From NCBI GenBank assembly GCA_964445525.1, contig CAYULA010000003.1:21921-85920 (forward strand): DNA of 64,000 bases. Reading direction: 5' to 3'. Positions 39,787-49,326 of the stretch are shown piece by piece. Source of the stretch: an uncultured Thermoplasmatales archaeon (GTDB lineage: Archaea; Thermoplasmatota; Penumbrarchaeia; Penumbrarchaeales; Penumbrarchaeaceae). The position numbers and the translations under genes are program-made. Below the pieces are notes generated by a model. The model saw nothing but the letters and a program-made list of their open reading frames with translations. It searched no databases and had not been told where the DNA came from. Each line of letters starts with the position of its first letter. Positions within the stretch are counted from its first letter, which is position 1.

Positions 39787-39852
39787 ACCGCTTTCTCCAG
39801 GGGAAAACATAAGATTCAAACCCTGCATTTCCGTTAATGCCGGTGGTATTTC

Positions 39853-40950
39853 ATGGCGGAAGATGTGGTTCATGTCGGTTATGACGAGCTTGAGAGATTC
39901 ATGGCGGATGTATTCAGGGCTCTTGGTGTTCCGGAAGAGGATTCCGCAATTTGTGCGGAAGTTTTGAGCTTCGCTGACAGGAGAGGAATCTCCTCCCACG
40001 GAATAAACAGGATGAAACCCTTTTACTACGACAGGATCAGAAAAGGCCTTCAATATCCCGATCCGGGCTGGGAGATAGTGAAGGAAAGTCCTACCACAGC
40101 GGTGATAGACGGCAGGTTCGGGATGGGCCACGCCATAGCCAAAAGGTCAATGCAGATGGCGATCGACAAAGCGATAGATTACGGTCTTGGCATGGTTGCG
40201 GTCAGGAATTCAACCCATTACGGTGCCGCCGGATATTATTCGATGATGGCAATAAAAAACGGAATGATAGGAATCAACGGTACAAATGCCAGGCCCTCTG
40301 TAGCGCCCACCTTCGGAACCGAGGGCATGCTGGGTACCAATCCTTTCACCATCGGGTTTCCCACCGATGAGGAATTTCCTTTTCTCCTGGACTGTGCCAC
40401 CTCAATCTGGCAGAGGGGCAAGATAGAGTATTATGCCCGGGAAGAAAAGGAGATACCCGAAAATCTTGTTGTGGGAAAGGACGGGACCTCTCTGACCGAT
40501 CCCCGGCTTATCTTGAAGGAGCTGGTGGAAGGGAATGGAGCCCTTTTACCGTTGGGGGGACTGGGTGAAGAAACCGCCGGCTACAAAGGGTACGGTTACT
40601 CCACTGTTGTTGAGGTCCTCTCCTCGGCGCTTCAGGCTGGTCCTTTTCTGAAGGCGGTCAACGGGATAAATGTTGGTCATTTCTTCATGGCGGTTGATAT
40701 CGAGGCATTCACGACACTCGAAGAGTTCAAGAGGTCCTCGGGGGAAGTCATGAGGCAGTTGAGAGCCTCGAGAAAGGCCCCCGGAGCAGAGAGGATCTAT
40801 ACTCCGGGAGAGAAGGAACATCTCCACTGGCTGAGGACAAGGGACATCGGAGTTCCACTCAACTCGAGTCTGCAGAAAGAGGTTGCCCTGATGAAAGATG
40901 AGCTCTCCCTGTCCGGATATGACTGGGACTGGGCAAAAAACCCGAAATGA
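39853..40950 (+). CDS. Ldh_2-family malate/L-lactate/(sulfo)lactate dehydrogenase
   Basis: GISSHGINRM, VRNSTHYGAAGYY, GTNPFTIGFP and WQRGKI blocks are typical of the type-2 malate/L-lactate dehydrogenase family. 365 aa. Confidence 0.85.
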   Translation: MAEDVVHVGYDELERFMADVFRALGVPEEDSAICAEVLSFADRRGISSHGINRMKPFYYDRIRKGLQYPDPGWEIVKESPTTAVIDGRFGMGHAIAKRSMQMAIDKAIDYGLGMVAVRNSTHYGAAGYYSMMAIKNGMIGINGTNARPSVAPTFGTEGMLGTNPFTIGFPTDEEFPFLLDCATSIWQRGKIEYYAREEKEIPENLVVGKDGTSLTDPRLILKELVEGNGALLPLGGLGEETAGYKGYGYSTVVEVLSSALQAGPFLKAVNGINVGHFFMAVDIEAFTTLEEFKRSSGEVMRQLRASRKAPGAERIYTPGEKEHLHWLRTRDIGVPLNSSLQKEVALMKDELSLSGYDWDWAKNPK

Positions 40951-40970
40951 TTTCAAGGTGAGTCATCTCA

Positions 40971-41693
40971 ATGGTAACGGTTATCGGACACAGAGGTGCC
41001 GCGGGGTTGAAACCCGAGAATACCATGAGTTCATTCCTGAGGGCCGTGGACGAGGGGTGCGACATGGTAGAATTGGATGTCCACCTCTCAGGAGACGGAT
41101 ATATTGTAATCATGCATGACGATACCGTTGACCGGACCAGTGATGGAGTGGGCAGGATATCGGACCTTGACCTGAAGGAATTGAGATCCCTTGATGCTGG
41201 TGATGGAGAAAGGATACCCACACTTTCGGAGGTTTTCGAGTTATTGAGAAATAGATGCCTCCTCAATATTGAATTGAAGGGGGAGGGAACCGCCCTTGCG
41301 GTTTCCAGGATGCTGGAAGAAGAGATCAACAGCGGAAGATGGAGTGGGGAGAATATCCTTATATCCTCATTCTCTCCCGTTTCATTGAAGGAATTCATGG
41401 ATACTCGAACCGATGTCAAAACCGCAATTCTCATAGACGGTAATCCGGGAGGTGCGGAGGAATTTGCAAAACAGATAGGGTCCGTGGCGGTAAATCCTAA
41501 TTACATGTTCCTTGAATCGGATTTCATCGATATGTGCAGGAAACTGGGTCTGATGGTCAATGCCTGGACCGTTAACGATCCCGACCAGATGGAAAGAATG
41601 ATCTCTCTTGGAGTTGACGGCATAATAACCGACCGGCCCGACCTTCTCGTAAAAAAGATAAATAGAGGTAAGCGGAGTGCACCTCATGAGTGA
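40971..41693 (+). CDS. glycerophosphodiester phosphodiesterase
   Basis: VIGHRGAAGLKPENTMSSFLRAVDEGCDMVELDVHLSGDGYIVIMHDDTVDRTSDG...IPTLSEV...NIELK...VNAWTVND are canonical GDPD motifs. Confidence 0.9.
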   Translation: MVTVIGHRGAAGLKPENTMSSFLRAVDEGCDMVELDVHLSGDGYIVIMHDDTVDRTSDGVGRISDLDLKELRSLDAGDGERIPTLSEVFELLRNRCLLNIELKGEGTALAVSRMLEEEINSGRWSGENILISSFSPVSLKEFMDTRTDVKTAILIDGNPGGAEEFAKQIGSVAVNPNYMFLESDFIDMCRKLGLMVNAWTVNDPDQMERMISLGVDGIITDRPDLLVKKINRGKRSAPHE

Positions 41694-42399
41694 TGGCAGG
41701 GCAGGGATCCTGAACTGGAGCCTTAGGATAACTCTCATCCTGTTTTTCCTGTCACTTCTAATGTTCCCGATGCATCTATGGGATCATTTCTACGCGCATT
41801 TCACCGGTTCCATAGAATCGACGGTGATAAAGGGTCAATGGCTGATAGTCGTACTCAACATACTTGCATTTTCGGCTTTTCTCATTCCTCTGGGCTTCAG
41901 GAGAAAGGCCAACTGGAAGGAGTACGGACTCGTGGCCGCTTTCTTCATCTCCCTTTTCATAGAGATGTACGGCATTCCATTTGCCATCCTTTTTGCATCC
42001 AGAGCCATACAGCCCACCGGAGGTATGGAACTATACAGACCATTGACTGTTAATTTTCTAGGTGTGGGATTCTCCTTCACGATTCCAATGATCTACGGGG
42101 CCGTTTTGATGATCTTTGGAACAGCGCTTATCGTCTGGGGATGGATAACGCTTTACCGCAACATAGGAAAAGAGGGCCTTGTCACCACCGGTATATACTC
42201 CGTATCCAGGCATCCCCAGTACCTCGGATTCATAATGGTCATAGGAGGGTGGCTCCTCGGTTGGCCCACGCTCCTTACGGTGATCTTTGCCCCGGTCCTG
42301 ATCTTCATGTATGTGAGGGTCTGCAGGAAGGAGGAAAAGGAGATGGGAAAGGACCATGATTATCAGGCTTACAGGAAGAAGGCCCCGTTCCTGATATGA
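41686..42399 (+). CDS. isoprenylcysteine carboxyl methyltransferase (ICMT/PEMT)-family membrane methyltransferase
   Basis: Polytopic. LVTTGIYSVSRHPQYLGFIMVIGGWLL...E-x-E is the ICMT-family SAM-binding region. ATG 41686 overlaps the upstream stop; the track start is GTG 41677. Confidence 0.75.
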   Translation: MSDGRAGILNWSLRITLILFFLSLLMFPMHLWDHFYAHFTGSIESTVIKGQWLIVVLNILAFSAFLIPLGFRRKANWKEYGLVAAFFISLFIEMYGIPFAILFASRAIQPTGGMELYRPLTVNFLGVGFSFTIPMIYGAVLMIFGTALIVWGWITLYRNIGKEGLVTTGIYSVSRHPQYLGFIMVIGGWLLGWPTLLTVIFAPVLIFMYVRVCRKEEKEMGKDHDYQAYRKKAPFLI

Positions 42400-42408
42400 T
42401 TGCAAGGA

Positions 42409-43692
42409 TCACTCTTGAAGCAGCCATTGATAGAGAGGCAATACCTCAACCTCCTTTCCGCCGATTTTTTCCTTGCCGGATTCATTCCATGTTATTATCT
42501 TCAGATCATTACAATTCAGATCATCGGAGGACCTTGAAAGGGACCTCAATTCCCTTCTTTTAACTCCGGGGTCCTCAATGGAAAAGGAGACCTGGATCAA
42601 CTCCATTATATCGATTCCCTTCTTTAATACGAAATCAATCTCCCTTTGTTGGTTGTCCCTCCAGTAGAAGTGTTCGATTTGAGGATCCAAGGACCTCCTT
42701 CTGAGCAATTCAAGCATTACGATATTTTCCATCATCCTTCCCCTGTTTCTGCTGGATTGCCTTCCGATCACGTTTATCATGGCCGGATCTATGGCGTATA
42801 TCTTCTTGGGTGAATTGTGGATATCTCTTTCCTTGTGGGAGAATTTATCCAGTTTCACAACGAGGTAAGATTCGGCTAGGTAGCCCATGTAATTTTTTGC
42901 CGTGTGTGAACTGCCCATGTTTCGAGTTCTCTTGATCTTGTTGTAGCTAATAAGAGTGGCAAAGTTAGAGATCATGGAATATGACATTTCTTTCAGGGTT
43001 TGTACATACTTTATTCGGTGTCTGGCTACTATATCCTTGTTAAGTATGGATGAGTAGAGTGAATTCGTATATACATCCCTTATTTTTGGATTCTTGACTA
43101 TTTCCGGGTATCCACCAATCTCGATGTATTCCTCCAGGGCCTTTTTTATAAAAGCTCTCTTTTTTGTGGTTGAGAAATCCTTTTCAATATTTTTGAATTG
43201 GAGGTATTCCTTGAATGAAAATGGAAAGATCTCCATTGTTATATGGCGGCCTGTGAGATGTGTTGCCAGCTCACGACTTAAAAGGTTGGCGTTGCTTCCC
43301 GTTATTATAATCTTTAATCCGGTCATTCTCATTCTGTTTACGAATAGCTCCCATCCCGCGACATTCTGGATCTCGTCAAGTATCAGATACTCGAGTTCTC
43401 CGTGGATCTCGTAGAGAACCTCCAGTACATCGTTAAGATCTCCGGAGGTAATGTAAGAAAGCCTTTCATCATCGAAATTCACGTAGCCATAATTCAGGTT
43501 TCTGTATAAAAGATTGGAAAAAACGGTCTTTCCCGCCCTCCTGGGGCCCATGGCAACCTTTACCTGATCGATATCCGTAAATTCCTTCCAGTAGCTGATA
43601 ACCTCTCTCTCTATTATACCGGGATCGGCCATATTTTTCTCTACCATCTCTTTTTGATCCATTAGAATTTCTTTCAGAGTCTTGAGGTCCAT
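42409..43692 (-). CDS. AAA-type ATPase with DUF4143-like C-terminal domain
   Basis: Walker A MGPRRAGKTVF and Walker B YLILDEIQNV. The C-terminal half (EIDFVLKKG...) resembles the nuclease-fold DUF4143 region. AT-rich relative to its neighbours. Confidence 0.85.
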   Translation of the reverse strand: MDLKTLKEILMDQKEMVEKNMADPGIIEREVISYWKEFTDIDQVKVAMGPRRAGKTVFSNLLYRNLNYGYVNFDDERLSYITSGDLNDVLEVLYEIHGELEYLILDEIQNVAGWELFVNRMRMTGLKIIITGSNANLLSRELATHLTGRHITMEIFPFSFKEYLQFKNIEKDFSTTKKRAFIKKALEEYIEIGGYPEIVKNPKIRDVYTNSLYSSILNKDIVARHRIKYVQTLKEMSYSMISNFATLISYNKIKRTRNMGSSHTAKNYMGYLAESYLVVKLDKFSHKERDIHNSPKKIYAIDPAMINVIGRQSSRNRGRMMENIVMLELLRRRSLDPQIEHFYWRDNQQREIDFVLKKGIDIMELIQVSFSIEDPGVKRRELRSLSRSSDDLNCNDLKIITWNESGKEKIGGKEVEVLPLYQWLLQE

Positions 43693-43719
43693 ACTGCAAT
43701 ATTGGTCGAAATACTTATT

Positions 43720-43779
43720 AAAGTTTGCATTTAAACTGCAAACTTTTCAAGGAAAGTTTGCATTTCACTGCAAACTTTC
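43720..43779. promoter_or_regulatory. two tandem near-identical palindromic operators AAAGTTTGCA-N6/7-TGCAAACTTT
   Basis: Copy 1 arms are 43720-43729 / 43737-43746 (spacer tttaaac). Copy 2 arms are 43752-43762 / 43769-43779 (GAAAGTTTGCA-tttcac-TGCAAACTTTC). Copy 1 abuts a TATA-like TTTAATAAGTATTT (minus-strand sense) about 30-40 nt upstream of ATG 43692 of the ATPase gene. Confidence 0.5.
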
Positions 43780-44136
43780 AGAGGAATGCCTATCAAATGA
43801 GTTATCTATCTTCATGTTCATTTCGTTGGCGGGGGAGCAGAGGTCATGGTTCACGACAACAGGTCCCAGTGTCCAAGGGGGAGATGTGGGACCTCGATCT
43901 GATCGAGTTCTTTGCGATCCTTCTGGGTCTGACCATTGGTTACGGATCCAGGAAAGTTTTGACGGAGAAGATGAAGATGGAAACCCCGATGGCGGTAAAG
44001 AACATCAAATCCGTCATCGGATAACAATCGCCCTGTTCCTTGCCGTGATCTTTGTCTTCTCGCTCTCGGAAGATATACCTCCGGTAATGGTCAGGGGATC
44101 GATTGCGGTTATCGGATTCTATTTCTGGTCGAGGAA

Positions 44137-44925
44137 TTGATTTTATCCGACACGGTTTTCAATGTAGACGCATCTTCTCGGGATATGGAACCGGTCCTGA
44201 TTCTGGCGGCCGCTATCATCCTCTTTCTTTCGGGATTCATCCAGGGTCTGGTCGGATTCGGTTCCGCCCTGGTTGCTGTTCCGCTGCTTTCTTTTTTAAT
44301 GAGCCCCAAGATGGTGGTACCCTTGACCCTGGTCCACGGACTGCTCATGAACATGTATCTGTCCGTGAAAAACAGGAGGAACATCCAGAGAAGAAGGGTC
44401 CTCCCCCTGTTTCTCGCAGGTTCTCTGGGAATACCTTTCGGAGCGGCAATTCTGATCATACTTCCCGCCAACGGCCTCAAGGTCCTGATAGGGATAGTGA
44501 TCATGCTGTTTTCCCTCCTCCTGCTTTCGGGATTTTCCCGAACATTGAAAAGTGAGGGTAAAGCCCTGATCCCCGTGGGATTTGCCAGCGGGATACTGAA
44601 CGGGAGTGTATCCATGAGCGGACCTCCCGTGATACTGTTTCTCTCGAATCAGAGGGTGGGGAAGGTCCACTTCAGGGCCAATCTTGTCACCTACTTCTTT
44701 CTTCTCAATATCATAACATTTGTGATTTTTTATGTGACAGGGGTCCTGACCGGGGAAATCCTGATCCTGTCGATCATGCTTGTTCCGCCTCTTCCGGTCG
44801 GAATTATCATCGGGGAATATCTATCTCACAAGGTCAGCGAGGACTGGTTCAGGAGGATAGCCCTGATCCTGGTAATGATCGCGGGATTGACTGCTTTGTT
44901 CACCGGACTCACTTCTCTTCTTTAA
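44137..44925 (+). CDS. TauE/SafE (DUF81) family anion exporter
   Basis: Polytopic. LSGFIQGLVGFGSALVAVPLL and GILNGSVSMSGPPVILFL are the duplicated TauE signature segments. The TTG start at 44137 is uncertain (ATG 44185 is possible). Confidence 0.8.
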   Translation: MILSDTVFNVDASSRDMEPVLILAAAIILFLSGFIQGLVGFGSALVAVPLLSFLMSPKMVVPLTLVHGLLMNMYLSVKNRRNIQRRRVLPLFLAGSLGIPFGAAILIILPANGLKVLIGIVIMLFSLLLLSGFSRTLKSEGKALIPVGFASGILNGSVSMSGPPVILFLSNQRVGKVHFRANLVTYFFLLNIITFVIFYVTGVLTGEILILSIMLVPPLPVGIIIGEYLSHKVSEDWFRRIALILVMIAGLTALFTGLTSLL

Positions 44926-45006
44926 GAACCCAAAAACCAGTATTGTATTTATACCGAGGTCCCTATCCAGATAATATCCCGCCCGTTGTTATTGGGAGGT
45001 TCCTCG

Positions 45007-48000
45007 ATGAATAGGACCGCACCCCTCGTTCTGGCAAGCATCGCACTGCTAATGGTTTCCATGGTGACCCTGATCCCCGATAATGCAGATGCAGGGGATC
45101 CCGTCTTCTCCAGACCCTACAAGATACTGGGTGAAGATTTCGATCGTAATCTGCAGGCTCTGCAGGATATGGAGGTCGATCCGGACGGCAGGATATATCT
45201 CCTCTACGAGGGAAACCCTGATTTCTACTACGGGGCCTATCTCATACATTCCGACGATAACGGCCTTACCTGGTCCGATCCTGTCAGGGTTGACGACGTA
45301 TTGAGGGACGGAAACGAATCAGGTGACGGGAATTTCATCAAACAGAAGGTCCATCCGAAAATGGCCCTCGGTCCTGACGGAACCGTCTATATCGTCTGGA
45401 CGGATCACAGGGAGTGGAGGGAGGATATAGCCCTCACCCATCCGAGGAAGGTTAGATTATCGGTTTCATCCGACGGGGAGAGCTTCGGAAATTCCATACT
45501 GGTTTCTCCCCCTCCACCGGATCGTGTCCAGCATGCATCCTTCGCCGATGTGGCAGTCAACGATGACGGGAGGGTCTTCATTGCATGGCTGGACCAGAGA
45601 GAAGTGGGGTCAAAGAACAATGTCTGGACCACATATTCCGACAATGACGGGTCATCATGGTCATCACCGATGATGATCAACAATGACGGAAAATTCGACA
45701 GCAGCATTGCAATCAGGAATCCGAGGGTGGTGATGAAAGGGGATAATGTTTATGTTACCTGGCATGACAACAGGGACAAGACCTATGGAACCAAACCTTA
45801 TGTCGCAGTCTCCCATGACGGCGGCGAAACATTCAGGGAGGAGACCTCCTTCGTGGATGATCTGGTGGAGGGTAATGTGAGAGACCGGGCGTATCCGGCT
45901 CTGGATGACAACGGAACCCTCTACATCTCATGGGTGGATCAGAGATCGGATATTGAAGAGATCTGGTTCGTTAAAAGCACCGATCACGCGGAAAACTTCT
46001 CGGATGATAGAAGGCTGATAGACCCCCCTCCCGACACCAGTGATCTGGACCCCTTCATAGGCACATTCGGAAGCGGAAGGCTATTCGTTACCTGGGAGAG
46101 AAAGGTTGAATTCACCAACAATTACGGCAATCCGGATGTGGAATCCGAGGCATTCTACATCGATTCCAGCGACGGTGGAGATACCTGGGGAAGACCTCTG
46201 AGAATTGATGACGAGGACAGGTTCAAGGAGGACCGTTTGGACCAGAAATATACCGGAGGCGTTTACGATCAGACGGGAAGGGTGCTGGGAGTCTATTACG
46301 GAGGTTACAGGTCCGGAGACGGCATAAAGAGATCATTGTTCATATCCAGGCATTCAAGGTCTCTTGACGGAACCACTTATGTTCCGGATATCGAATCCTA
46401 TTACTTCGGAGGAGAGCTTCAATTTGATCCCACAGTGGGCTCCACCGAGACGAATTTCACATTCAACATGACCTACCGTGACGCGGACAATGACGAACCC
46501 CGGGAGGGCTTCCCGAGGCTGAAGATCTTCAGGGATCCTTCGGGAAACGACCCTCTATTTTCGGATCCGATAGTCATGGGTAAGACAAGAGGACCCGCGG
46601 ACATCTACTACATCGACGGGGTTCCCTACAACACAACCATCACCCTGCCGGAGGAGGGAAGGTTCTACTGGAAGACCGAGGTATCCGATGAGAGTGATCC
46701 GGCCGTGATATCCTCGCCGATATTGCCAGGTCCTCTGATAGATACCTCCATACCGGATATCGAGATCCTGAGCCCGACTCCGGAAGTGTGGAACAGCTCC
46801 GCGAAGGTTCAATGCAGGGTAAGGGTAACGGACACCGGAGGTGCCGGAGTGGATCCCGAAAGCATCAGGTTCAACATTTCCTTCCAGGGACCAGACGAGT
46901 TCGACAAGGGGATCAGGATGAGCGGATTCAAAGTCATGGACAATGACACAGTGGAGGCATGGGGATCCGCGACCATGTATCCCGGGAAGAATAACTACCT
47001 GAAGTTCGTGGCCTACGACAGGGCGGGGAATGGACCGTTCACGACCGATCCCATAAATATCTGGCTAGATCCAGTACCTCCCTTTTTCCTGGATGTCAGC
47101 CCGCTTCAGAACGAGACCAGGATCTACCCCGAGGTAAACTGTTCCATATCTTTGAGGGACAACCTGCAGGGAAGCACAAATGAGGATTTCACCGGAGTTG
47201 ATCCCGAAACCATAAGATATTCTTACATGACCACTTCCGAGGGATTCTCGGACTGGTACGAGCCCGATGGTTACATCGAGATCGATGAAGGGGCATACAG
47301 AACCTGGGCCACGGTAACCTTCCCCGACGAGGGTGTATATTCCAAGATACGCTGGAGAGCCGAGGATAATATCGGGAACGTTGTGGAATCCAGAGAATAC
47401 CTCGTCAAGGTGGATGTTCCACATAATTACAGGCCCGTTTTCACCGGAAGGGCCTGGCCGGATGTGGTTGCATCACCAACTCCTCATTTCTGGTGGGATG
47501 ACGCTTTCGACGAGGAGGGGGATGTTCTCTATTACAGGGCGAAGATATTGAGGAACAATCTGCAGCTGACTGAATTCTATGACCTGGGAAGGAACACCTT
47601 CTTCGATCTTCCCGACAGCGAGGCCCTGACCCCTGATATCTACGTCTTGAGGATACATGTAACCGACAGGATCGGAGGGGAGGACCATTACGATCATCAG
47701 TTCCAGATCAAGGACCAGGGTCCGAAACCGCCCTCCAGGGTCCCTGAATTCGGCCCATATTTCAGTTCCGAAGGTTCGGTCGAGGTGGACTGGGAGGAAG
47801 CCGATATCGAAGGGTCCGATTACTGGATCAGGGTCGGATCTCGTAATCTTACCGGAGATGTTATGGACTGGACCGAACTGGGAAGTGAAACTACCTATGA
47901 TATGTCCCGACTGAACCTGGATACAGGATCGTATTCCATCCAGGTAATGGCCCGGGCCAACGGTAATTTTTCCAGGTTGAGGACTGCCCTTTTCAAGATA

Positions 48001-48828
48001 TCGGATTACCGGGTCAACCTGAGCGTCCCCGATAGCCATACGGCTTTCAGGGGAAAAGGGTTCTCGATCTCGGGCCCTCTAAGCGGTGAGATAACCAATC
48101 TGGGTACATTGAGCGACAATGTGACATTATACCTTGAAGGCGAACCTGTGGAAGCCGGATGGGTCTATTTCGAGTCCACCGGCGACACTGAGGCCTCCTA
48201 TGATGTGTTTTCCTCCAAGGGACTGGATAATCCCATCCCCTCTCCGTTCAAGATCGTGGTATCCCCGGAGGAAAAAACACCCAAGAGGGAGTACATATTC
48301 ACCATACGGGCGGTTTCCGAGGACGGAGTGACCGAGACGGTTGTCCCGGGCCTGGTGATCGAGGTCAAGGACGCACCGGGAGAGGACGGTCCCGCGCCGA
48401 TAACGGAAGACATCACCGATGTCCTCCCCTTCCTTTCGGTATTGCCTGAGTCGCTGATAATTCCGGCATTCATCCTGATAGTACTGCTGATAGTGGCTGT
48501 CATTGCATTCATCGGTATAACGATATACAAGGTAACTTCCAAGAGAAAGAAGGAATCCGACCCCCTCAAGGATCGTATAAAGACCTACAAGGACCTCTAC
48601 GATCAGGATCCCACAGAGGAGGAGATCGCCCAGTGGAAAACGGAACTGGAGCAGGCCAAGAGCACTGTAACCTCGGAGATAGAGAAGGAGGAGGTCCCTG
48701 AAAAGGAGGAAGGTAAGGAACCTGGATTGGAAGAGGATGAGAGCCTGGAAGAAGGAGAGGTGGAAAAGGGTGACGAATCCTCAAAAGGCGAAGACGACGA
48801 GCTCCTCGACCGTCTCTTCGAGGATTGA
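45007..48828 (+). CDS. giant BNR/Asp-box (sialidase-like beta-propeller) surface protein with Ig-like domains, TM anchor and acidic tail
   Basis: ATG 45007 lies 6 nt after GGGAGGT. Signal MNRTAPLVLASIALLMVSMVTLIP. Asp-boxes SDDNGLTWS, SSDGESFG, SDNDGSSWS, SHDGGETF and SSDGGDTWG. C-terminal TM helix IIPAFILIVLLIVAVIAFIGITIY and a Glu-rich tail. Confidence 0.8.
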   Translation: MNRTAPLVLASIALLMVSMVTLIPDNADAGDPVFSRPYKILGEDFDRNLQALQDMEVDPDGRIYLLYEGNPDFYYGAYLIHSDDNGLTWSDPVRVDDVLRDGNESGDGNFIKQKVHPKMALGPDGTVYIVWTDHREWREDIALTHPRKVRLSVSSDGESFGNSILVSPPPPDRVQHASFADVAVNDDGRVFIAWLDQREVGSKNNVWTTYSDNDGSSWSSPMMINNDGKFDSSIAIRNPRVVMKGDNVYVTWHDNRDKTYGTKPYVAVSHDGGETFREETSFVDDLVEGNVRDRAYPALDDNGTLYISWVDQRSDIEEIWFVKSTDHAENFSDDRRLIDPPPDTSDLDPFIGTFGSGRLFVTWERKVEFTNNYGNPDVESEAFYIDSSDGGDTWGRPLRIDDEDRFKEDRLDQKYTGGVYDQTGRVLGVYYGGYRSGDGIKRSLFISRHSRSLDGTTYVPDIESYYFGGELQFDPTVGSTETNFTFNMTYRDADNDEPREGFPRLKIFRDPSGNDPLFSDPIVMGKTRGPADIYYIDGVPYNTTITLPEEGRFYWKTEVSDESDPAVISSPILPGPLIDTSIPDIEILSPTPEVWNSSAKVQCRVRVTDTGGAGVDPESIRFNISFQGPDEFDKGIRMSGFKVMDNDTVEAWGSATMYPGKNNYLKFVAYDRAGNGPFTTDPINIWLDPVPPFFLDVSPLQNETRIYPEVNCSISLRDNLQGSTNEDFTGVDPETIRYSYMTTSEGFSDWYEPDGYIEIDEGAYRTWATVTFPDEGVYSKIRWRAEDNIGNVVESREYLVKVDVPHNYRPVFTGRAWPDVVASPTPHFWWDDAFDEEGDVLYYRAKILRNNLQLTEFYDLGRNTFFDLPDSEALTPDIYVLRIHVTDRIGGEDHYDHQFQIKDQGPKPPSRVPEFGPYFSSEGSVEVDWEEADIEGSDYWIRVGSRNLTGDVMDWTELGSETTYDMSRLNLDTGSYSIQVMARANGNFSRLRTALFKISDYRVNLSVPDSHTAFRGKGFSISGPLSGEITNLGTLSDNVTLYLEGEPVEAGWVYFESTGDTEASYDVFSSKGLDNPIPSPFKIVVSPEEKTPKREYIFTIRAVSEDGVTETVVPGLVIEVKDAPGEDGPAPITEDITDVLPFLSVLPESLIIPAFILIVLLIVAVIAFIGITIYKVTSKRKKESDPLKDRIKTYKDLYDQDPTEEEIAQWKTELEQAKSTVTSEIEKEEVPEKEEGKEPGLEEDESLEEGEVEKGDESSKGEDDELLDRLFED

Positions 48829-48855
48829 ATTATCGATAATAATTTGATATGGAGT

Positions 48856-48900
48856 GGGCGGGAGTGGGGGACTCCCGCCCCGGGTGTGGTTTGGACCACA
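48856..48900. terminator. two adjacent stem-loops between convergent genes
   Basis: GGGCGGGAGT-ggggg-ACTCCCGCCC (perfect 10-bp stem, 48856-48880) and TGTGGT-ttgg-ACCACA (48885-48900). Confidence 0.45.
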
Positions 48901-48923
48901 GGTGTGGGTGGGATCCCGCTCGC

Positions 48924-49163
48924 TCAGGATGCTTTCTCTTGGGGAGCGGATTCGACTATCTGATTGATTGCCGTTACCTCCTGCTCGCCATTGAGGAGGT
49001 TCCTCAACCTGTTGAGGTTGATTATCATTCCCACGTATTCGGTGCCGTCGGAGGTCTGATACTTCTCCGCGGACTCGAATGCGTTCTGATTCACGCTCAC
49101 TTTGAGGGCCCCGCCGTTGCGGGATCTCCTCACAAAACCCATTAGTTTCGATTCTGTTGTCAT
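48924..49163 (-). CDS. hypothetical small protein (79 aa)
   Basis: ORF with a TATA-like TTGCTTATATTC about 60 nt upstream. MGFVRRSRNGGALKVSVNQNAFESAEKYQTSDGTEYVGMIINLNRLRNLLNGE. No family recognised with confidence. Confidence 0.45.
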   Translation of the reverse strand: MTTESKLMGFVRRSRNGGALKVSVNQNAFESAEKYQTSDGTEYVGMIINLNRLRNLLNGEQEVTAINQIVESAPQEKAS

Positions 49164-49326
49164 TTCTTACAACTCCGTTTTTCTGTTTTTCGATGCCGCC
49201 GCCAACGGTCTGCAGCGACATGGAGACGATCCTCTCCGGTAGAATATAAGCAATTCCCCGGGGGTAAGTAGAATGAAAGTATGACAAATATCCCCGCACG
49301 ACAAAGTCGTGTACGGACCGAAAGTA

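Noticed and set aside
40078-40095. GAAGGAAAGTCC resembling the RNase P RNA CR-I motif (GAGGAAAGUCC)
   Set aside because: It lies in frame inside the Ldh_2 CDS (…EIVKESPTT…). No other RNase P conserved regions are nearby.
39559-41434. 190-aa and 191-aa minus-strand ORFs (39559..40131, 40859..41434)
   Set aside because: They are antisense to the Ldh_2 and GDPD genes, whose conserved motifs are unambiguous. No independent signals support them.
43682-44140. ORFs in the 440-bp gap between the ATPase gene and tauE (43682..44140, 43725..44024; possible 46-aa peptide from ATG 43884 after GGGGGAG)
   Set aside because: The long versions read through the palindromic operators and look non-coding. The short hydrophobic peptide (MWDLDLIEFFAILLGLTIGYG...) plus a second hydrophobic frame (…ITIALFLAVIFVFSL…) could be a frameshifted small membrane gene. 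I cannot support this without conservation data.
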